A DNA stretch of 64,000 nucleotides from Squalus acanthias. Its lineage: Eukaryota. Shown one piece after another: positions 61,973 through 64,000 of the stretch (positions are counted from its first letter, which is position 1; the number at the start of each line of letters is the position of its first letter). Both the position numbers and the translations under genes were made by a program. The DNA lies in contig CM059438.1 in the NCBI GenBank assembly GCA_030390025.1, forward strand, positions 69,442,001-69,506,000, given 5' to 3'. Below the pieces are notes generated by a model. It saw nothing but the letters and a program-made list of their open reading frames with translations, searched no databases and was not told the origin of the DNA.

Positions 61973-62992
61973 TTTCCCTCCCCTGCTGGGATGGCCACAG
62001 GCTGCCCCTTCCCCACCTGCCACCGGAAAATGCTGGGTTCCCTGCCCATTTCTCTCTGTTTCTCAGAACCATCAGGCAAAGCTTGGCAGTAATCTCTGGC
62101 GTAGTGGTGGGAAGTCCTTGGATGAGGGAGAGGGCCGAGTAGTAGCCTGCTTCTGCTCCATATCCCCCCCAATTTCTCACCTGTTGAAGGCCTTGGCATT
62201 GGCCAGGGCCTTCAGTAAATAAATTGATGTGGTTGTCGGGGCTCTTCTGCCCCGTTCATAGGCCTCCTGCTTCTGCGGCTGTTGCAGTACTGGTCTCACT
62301 GCAGCACTGGCAGAATCTTTTGCCCTTTCAGTGGCGGACTCCTGCCTGAGGCCCAGCCTGAAAGCATAATGTCCTGACCCAGGAAAGTGGATCAGGATTG
62401 GGGGTGACAGACAGGTATCTCACCCCAACCCTCCTTGGGCAAGAAGAGGAGAATCCAGGCCTGGGATTCAAGCCTAGGATGTTCCTGGTCTGTATGATTC
62501 AAATCCACATTAGACAGTGGATTTCTTTATCTGTCTGGGAATATCTGACCCAGTTACTGCTGTCTAACAATATGTCACAAAATTCACATTGGAGGAGAGT
62601 CTGTTGTCAGTTGTCTCCAACTTGAATCTCTTGATGTCCCAATGATAACTGGGGGAACGAGTAACCAAAGAGAGTGTAAAAAAATAAAGGGGATCGAAAC
62701 ATCCCTACCTTGTGATTGCCTGGTGTTCGACCGCCTTAGAAATTATACTGCCGGTACAGAAACATTTAATTGTGTGAGAATTTCACTCCAACTAAGGGAA
62801 TAGCTGTGGAAACCAAATGCTTCACAATGGTTGAACAAGGGAACTGGACCTATAACTGCTATACAGTTAAACTTGTATCAAATTCTTTTTCTGTGGCAAT
62901 GATTGTTACTCAATTAAATACATTTAAAAAAAAAATAAACCACCCCTATGTAACAGGAAAAGCACTAAACCCATTTCTAGGCTAGAAACTTA

Positions 62993-63673
62993 GGGATAGA
63001 GTTTTGGGCATAATCGTGAAATTGGGCGCAAATTGCATTTGAAACTGCGTTGGTTTGGTTACAGTTCAAGTTTCTGATAAAATATGTTTGCATAATCACA
63101 AAATCTTCCATGAACCAGCACAATCGGTTAGCGTAATAGAATGTAATTGTTTTTTTTCTTTGCATTCTAATATATTCATTGATGTATTTAAGAGCGGTAA
63201 CCTGGTGCAGTTTTATCAATACAGCTGAAAATGGGTTTATCACAAAAAATAAGCATTTTTAATAGTGTTTAGTCCTCTACCGGTGAGTAACCTGATCTTA
63301 AATCACTAAAATTGACTTTAAAAAAACTATACTGAACCATTTACTAGTTTCATTGGTGTGCACTAGTCAGTTTCTTAGTAAATTAAATATTTTTTAACAC
63401 GTAAAAACTTTTAAAACCTGTCTACGAGTGCCTGTGCACCTGAAAGAAAGGAGCTCAATTTGAAGGTTCCCTCGAACGGGGGCAATCGGTGGAAACTCGC
63501 TATCCTTATGATTTTGAGCTGGGGGGGGGGGAGGGGTGTTTGTGAGTGGGGCCAGCTTCGGGCGAAATGGTTTTTAAACCAGCGTTACAGATTGCAGAAA
63601 CTCGATTTACGCTTGAGTTTCCACAATCTTTTGCGCTGGTAAAACTAGCGCAGACTAGCAGAAACTCTACCCC
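62993..63673. mobile_element. Harbinger-type MITE (family D)
   Basis: TIR GGGATAGAGTTT / GGGGTAGAGTTT, similar to the autonomous element's termini; TSD not preserved. Confidence 0.55.
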
Positions 63674-64000
63674 AAAATGTCCATTCAAACCAGCCGTTTA
63701 TTTTGAGGAAGTTCTTGTAAATAGCGCTCTGTGTTTTCTTTGTTGTATTCGGCTCTCTGAGCTTTATTCCATTTTGTCTAGCTTTCCAGGTTCCTTTTAG
63801 TTAACAATCACCGCCAAAACTGATCATTTAGTGTAATTATATCCGATTGATAATTTTCAGTCCAATTTTGGAAATTGATGTTGGTCGTCATGCTGCGGTT
63901 TCCATTAAGAAGTGATTTTCTTGAAACAGTAAGAAGTTTTCCTGTTTTATCATGCCCAGTAAAATAGGAGAGAGACTTTTATTTTACTCGTAACCAAAAT

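Overview
Eukaryotic, repeat-dense, apparently intronic or intergenic DNA, most likely from a cartilaginous fish (shark-type HE1/V-SINE, Deu-domain SINEs, abundant CR1). No host protein-coding gene can be confidently identified. The main feature is a 4,256-bp PIF/Harbinger DNA transposon (6606-10861) inserted in a CR1 LINE. It carries an intact DDE transposase ORF and a convergent three-exon Myb/SANT gene with one apparent 1-bp frameshift. Several non-autonomous Harbinger derivatives/MITEs are also present. Two short Penelope-like insertions each form a perfect ~100-bp inverted repeat, carry minimal hammerhead-ribozyme motifs and have 14-bp target-site duplications (TSDs). Other features include a multi-level nest of retroelements (14615-22990), a SINE-head/CR1/LINE chimera inside an L2, hAT and Tigger-like MITEs, and a candidate muscle-type promoter/first exon near 34 kb. 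All calls are from visual reading; family names rest on recalled motifs, not database searches.
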